This document shows, piece after piece, positions 26,295-32,000 of a stretch of DNA of 32,000 nt. Every line of letters begins with the position of its first letter. Position 1 is the first letter of the stretch. Where the stretch lies: sequence record KX258185.1; one strand, 5' to 3'. Below the pieces are notes generated by a model. That model was not told where the DNA came from, did no database searches, and was given only the letters and a program-made list of their open reading frames with translations. The stretch is from Klebsiella phage vB_KpnM_KpV477. The position numbers and the translations under genes were made by a program.

Positions 26295-26882
26295 ATGATA
26301 TATGATAAAGTAGGAATATGGCTTGGTGATTTAGCGGATGAATATCTGTCGGTGGTCACCAAGCCACCTAAGACTAAATACACCGAAAAGCATCATATTC
26401 TTCCTAAATCACTATTTCCTGAATATGAAACAGTTCCAGAGAATATTGTTTCTCTTGATATTTTAGATCATTTAAATGCTCATGAAATACTAGCGAAAAC
26501 AAAAGACCCTAAAATGATTATGGCTTTTTGGATTATGTTTAGTAGTTCAAAACGTAGGAAATTAGATTTATCTAATGATGAATTGAAGATAAAATATGAA
26601 AAAGCTCGCATAGAAATGAAGCGAGTTAAATCCGAATGGGGAAAATCTAGAGTAGGTAAATTAAATCCATTCTTTGGCAAACACCATGGAGAATATGCAA
26701 AAAGACGTGCTAGTGAAACCCATAAAGGAAAGAAACTTAGCAAAGAGCATGCCAAGTCATTTGGTCAAGCTCAAAAAGGTGTTCCAAAAAGAAAAGTGGA
26801 ATGCCCTCACTGCCATCAAATGATTCCTTATAATTTAATTAATAGATGGCATAATGATAACTGTAAATTTAAAGAAGATTAA
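26295..26882 (+). CDS. HNH homing endonuclease (HEG3) between genes 14 and 15
   Basis: EKHHILPKSLFPEYETVPENIVSLDILDHLNAHEILAK; GKLNPFFGKHH/ETHKGKKLSKEHAK; C-terminal CPHC...RWHNDNC. Confidence 0.85.
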   Translation: MIYDKVGIWLGDLADEYLSVVTKPPKTKYTEKHHILPKSLFPEYETVPENIVSLDILDHLNAHEILAKTKDPKMIMAFWIMFSSSKRRKLDLSNDELKIKYEKARIEMKRVKSEWGKSRVGKLNPFFGKHHGEYAKRRASETHKGKKLSKEHAKSFGQAQKGVPKRKVECPHCHQMIPYNLINRWHNDNCKFKED

Positions 26883-26894
26883 TGGGGGTGGTTT

Positions 26895-27715
26895 ATTTTT
26901 GGACATTGGTATAATTCGTCCTTACGCCGATACATTGTATTGCTTGGAGATTTATTTTCTCATGTACAAATTGCTCGTTGGCGTGAAGACACTGGACTAA
27001 AATATATTAAAGTACCTATCACTTATGCTTCAAAGGAAAAGTTCCTTTCTCAGCTTGGAAAATGGACTGCTATTCAGTCTACCGAGAATAAAGCAAAAAT
27101 AGAAACTGTTTTGCCAAGAATGAATTTGCACTTGGTTGATATGCAATACAACGCGATGTATAAAACATCACAACTAAATAGAACCAAGTCATATAAAACT
27201 CCTTCAAAAATTACATCTCAATATAATCCTACTCCTATTAAGATGATTTTTGAATTAGGAATTTATACACGCAATCAAGATGATATGTATCAAATCATCG
27301 AGCAAATCGTTCCTTATTTTCAGCCTCACTTCAATACGACCATAACTGAGCTTTACGACAAAGACACAAGTTTTAATCGTGATGTTAGAATTGTATTACA
27401 GTCATTTTCTCAGGATGAAGCTGTTGATGGAGACAATATCACTCGTCGTAGATTAGAATGGTCATTAATGTTTGAAGTCAATGGCTGGCTGTATCCGCCT
27501 GTAGCTGAAATTGACGGCGAAATTAGAACCATTTATTTAGATTTCTTCGCTAACAGCAAAGAGCTAACTCCAGAAGGAAACTTTGAATCAGTAGATAGCG
27601 AAGTTACTCCACGAGATGTTCAGCAAGAAGACTGGGATGGCTCTAGTAAACAAACTTATTCTCACGATATTCCTATTCCGGTAAATCCGGAGGCTCCTGG
27701 ACCGAGAGGTGAAAA

Positions 27716-27719
<4 letters not shown>
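26895..27719 (+). CDS. 15: Tail sheath stabiliser gp15; 5' end uncertain (ORF track starts at TTG 26940, homology-like peptide extends to about 26895)
   Basis: In-frame [21 protein letters not shown] resembles the gp15 N-terminus; remainder clearly gp15-like. Confidence 0.85.
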
Positions 27720-30044
<2,325 letters not shown>

Positions 30045-30074
30045 ATAAAAAGCAAACAACATTGAGGATATATC

Positions 30075-32000
30075 ATGCCTTTAGTCTCTCCTGGAATTGA
30101 GCTCAAAGAAACGAGCGTACAGAGCACGGTAGTACTTAACGCTACAGGTCGTGCCGCAATTGTCGGGAAGTTCCAATGGGGTCCTGCATATCAAGTTACC
30201 CAAATCACTAATGAAGTTGAACTGGTTGATATGTTTGGCAGCCCTAATAACCAAACTGCTGATTACTTTATGTCAGCAATGAACTTTCTGCAATATGGTA
30301 ATGATCTACGCACCGTCCGTGTAGTTAACCGTGAAGCTGCTAAAAACGCATCTCCATTGGTTGATAATATTGAATGGGAAATCACAACAGCTGGCAGTAA
30401 CTATGAAGTTGGTGATAAAATTACGGTTAAATATGCAGACCAAACCGTAGATGACACCGGTTTAGTTACCGAGGTAGATAGTGACGGGAAAATTATGTCG
30501 GTGTTCATTCCGACATCAAAGATTATTGCATATGCAAAAAGCATTAATCAGTACCCAGATTTAGGGTCTTCGTGGACAACTACCGTTACTTCACAGAGTT
30601 CTGGTGTTTCCGCTGTCATTACTTTAGGTAAAATTATTTCTGAGTCTACAGTTCTACTGACTGAACATGAAACTGCCCATGAAGAAATGACAAAAACTGA
30701 ATTCCAGACTGCGCTTGCGCAATATAAAATGCCTGGAATTGTAGCTGCGTATCCGGGCGAGCTCGGAAACCAACTAGAAATTGAAATTGTATCAAAAGCC
30801 GCTTTTGATAAAGGCGAACAACTGACGATTTATCCGAGTGGTGGACAGCGTGCATCAACCGCAAAAGCCGTATTTGGATATGGTCCTCAGACCGATACTC
30901 AGTACGCTATCATTGTTCGTAGAGATGGCGCGGTAGTTGAATCAACTGTGTTATCAACAAGCCGTCAAGATAAAGACATCTACGGAAATAACATCTTTAT
31001 GGACGATTATTTCTCCAAAGGTTCTTCACGTTATATATTTGCTACCGCGCAAGGATGGCCTGAAGGATTTTCCGGTGTTATTCGTCTGGGTGGTGGGGTT
31101 TCAGCTAATGAATCAGTTACGGCTGGCGATTTAATTCAAGGTTGGGATTTATTTGGTGACCGTGAAGCATTGCGCGTAAACCTTCTGATTGCTGGTGCTT
31201 GTGCCGGTGAAACCGATGAAATCGCAAGCACAGTACAAAAACACGTTTCGTCTATTGCAGATGAGCGTCAAGACTGTTTAGCACTCATTTCGCCTCCAAG
31301 GTCAACGATTGTAAATATTCCTCTGACTCGTGCTGTTGATAATTTAATCGACTGGCGCCAAGGCGATGGAACTTATGATTCTGCCAATATGAACATTAAT
31401 ACCACGTACGCGGCAATTGACGGCAACTATAAATATCAGTATGATAAATATAACGACGTAAACCGTTGGGTTCCGTTAGCTGCTGATATTGCAGGTCTGT
31501 GTGCTCGTACTGATGATATTGCTCAGCCTTGGATGTCACCAGCTGGATATCGTCGTGGTCAGATTTTAAATTGCATCAAATTGGCAATTGAACCGCGTCA
31601 GGCACATCGTGACCGCATGTACCAAGCAGGTATTAACCCGGTAACGGGTCAAGGTACCGGTGAAGGTTTCATTCTGTTTGGTGATAAGACTGCAACCACT
31701 GTTCCAACGCCGTTTGACCGAATTAACGTTCGTCGCTTGTTTAACATGCTGAAGAACAACATCGGTGATTCTTCTAAGTGGCAGCTGTTTGAATTAAACG
31801 ATAACTTTACCCGTAGTTCTTTCCGTATGGAAACCAGCCAATACCTCGCAGGTATTAAAGCTCTGGGTGGTGTATATGACTTCCGAGTTGTATGTGATAC
31901 CACGAACAACACTCCAGCAGTTATCGACCGCAACGAGTTTGTAGCGAGCTTCTATATCAAACCGGCCAGATCGATAAATTATATCACTCTGAACTTCGTT
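30075..32000 (+). CDS. 18: Tail sheath protein gp18 (partial, runs off window)
   Basis: MPLVSPGIELKETSVQSTVVLNATGRAAIVGKFQWGPAYQ; open to window end. Confidence 0.93.
   Translation, partial: MPLVSPGIELKETSVQSTVVLNATGRAAIVGKFQWGPAYQVTQITNEVELVDMFGSPNNQTADYFMSAMNFLQYGNDLRTVRVVNREAAKNASPLVDNIEWEITTAGSNYEVGDKITVKYADQTVDDTGLVTEVDSDGKIMSVFIPTSKIIAYAKSINQYPDLGSSWTTTVTSQSSGVSAVITLGKIISESTVLLTEHETAHEEMTKTEFQTALAQYKMPGIVAAYPGELGNQLEIEIVSKAAFDKGEQLTIYPSGGQRASTAKAVFGYGPQTDTQYAIIVRRDGAVVESTVLSTSRQDKDIYGNNIFMDDYFSKGSSRYIFATAQGWPEGFSGVIRLGGGVSANESVTAGDLIQGWDLFGDREALRVNLLIAGACAGETDEIASTVQKHVSSIADERQDCLALISPPRSTIVNIPLTRAVDNLIDWRQGDGTYDSANMNINTTYAAIDGNYKYQYDKYNDVNRWVPLAADIAGLCARTDDIAQPWMSPAGYRRGQILNCIKLAIEPRQAHRDRMYQAGINPVTGQGTGEGFILFGDKTATTVPTPFDRINVRRLFNMLKNNIGDSSKWQLFELNDNFTRSSFRMETSQYLAGIKALGGVYDFRVVCDTTNNTPAVIDRNEFVASFYIKPARSINYITLNFV

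Noticed and set aside
26280-26310. An upstream start for gene 15 before HEG3 (i.e. HEG3 as an intervening sequence within gene 15)
   Set aside because: No gp15-like N-terminal peptide is encoded between the gene 14 stop and HEG3; the gp15-like N-terminal residues all lie downstream of HEG3
13104-26882. Possible inteins or introns interrupting structural genes
   Set aside because: All the HNH ORFs lie between intact reading frames at gene junctions; no split structural gene or intein splice motif was seen

Overview
The window looks like a contiguous segment of a T4-like (Tevenvirinae-type) myophage genome. Identifications come from recalled family sequences and T4 gene order; no database search was run. 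The left part (about 1-7.9 kb) is transcribed leftward. It holds two or three small ORFs, a dense tRNA array (12 recognisable tRNAs: Pro, Gly, Trp, Ile, Ser, His, Gln, Met/initiator-like, Asp, Asn, Lys, Tyr), an HNH-type ORF between tRNA-Tyr and tRNA-Lys, small hypothetical and membrane ORFs, and then the T4-order genes 57B-57A-1-3-2-4 and a homing-endonuclease ORF. The right part (about 7.98-32 kb) is transcribed rightward and follows T4 order: 53, 5, a 5.1-like ORF, 5.4, 6, [HEG], 7, 8, 9, 10, 11, 12, wac, 13, 14, [HEG], 15, 16, 17, 18 (truncated by the window). The most unusual signal is in the tRNA array. Neighbouring genes are separated by only 5-6 nt, and most of the wider gaps are occupied by compact, stem-bounded elements that are not normal tRNAs. 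Two have tRNA-like acceptor ends with encoded CCA (86 and 144 nt); others are closed by 8-17 bp stems (61, 89, 137 and 119 nt). These resemble, in concept, the orphan stable RNAs C/D (species 1/2) of T4. Other points of interest are a class-II-like tRNA with a GUU anticodon, an initiator-like tRNA(CAU), a tRNA-Trp with a Gly-type D arm, a HEG whose stop codon and downstream late promoter abut or overlap tRNA-Lys, an apparently non-AUG or frameshifted 5' end of gene 15 directly after a HEG, and non-T4-like C-terminal domains on gp12 and fibritin.
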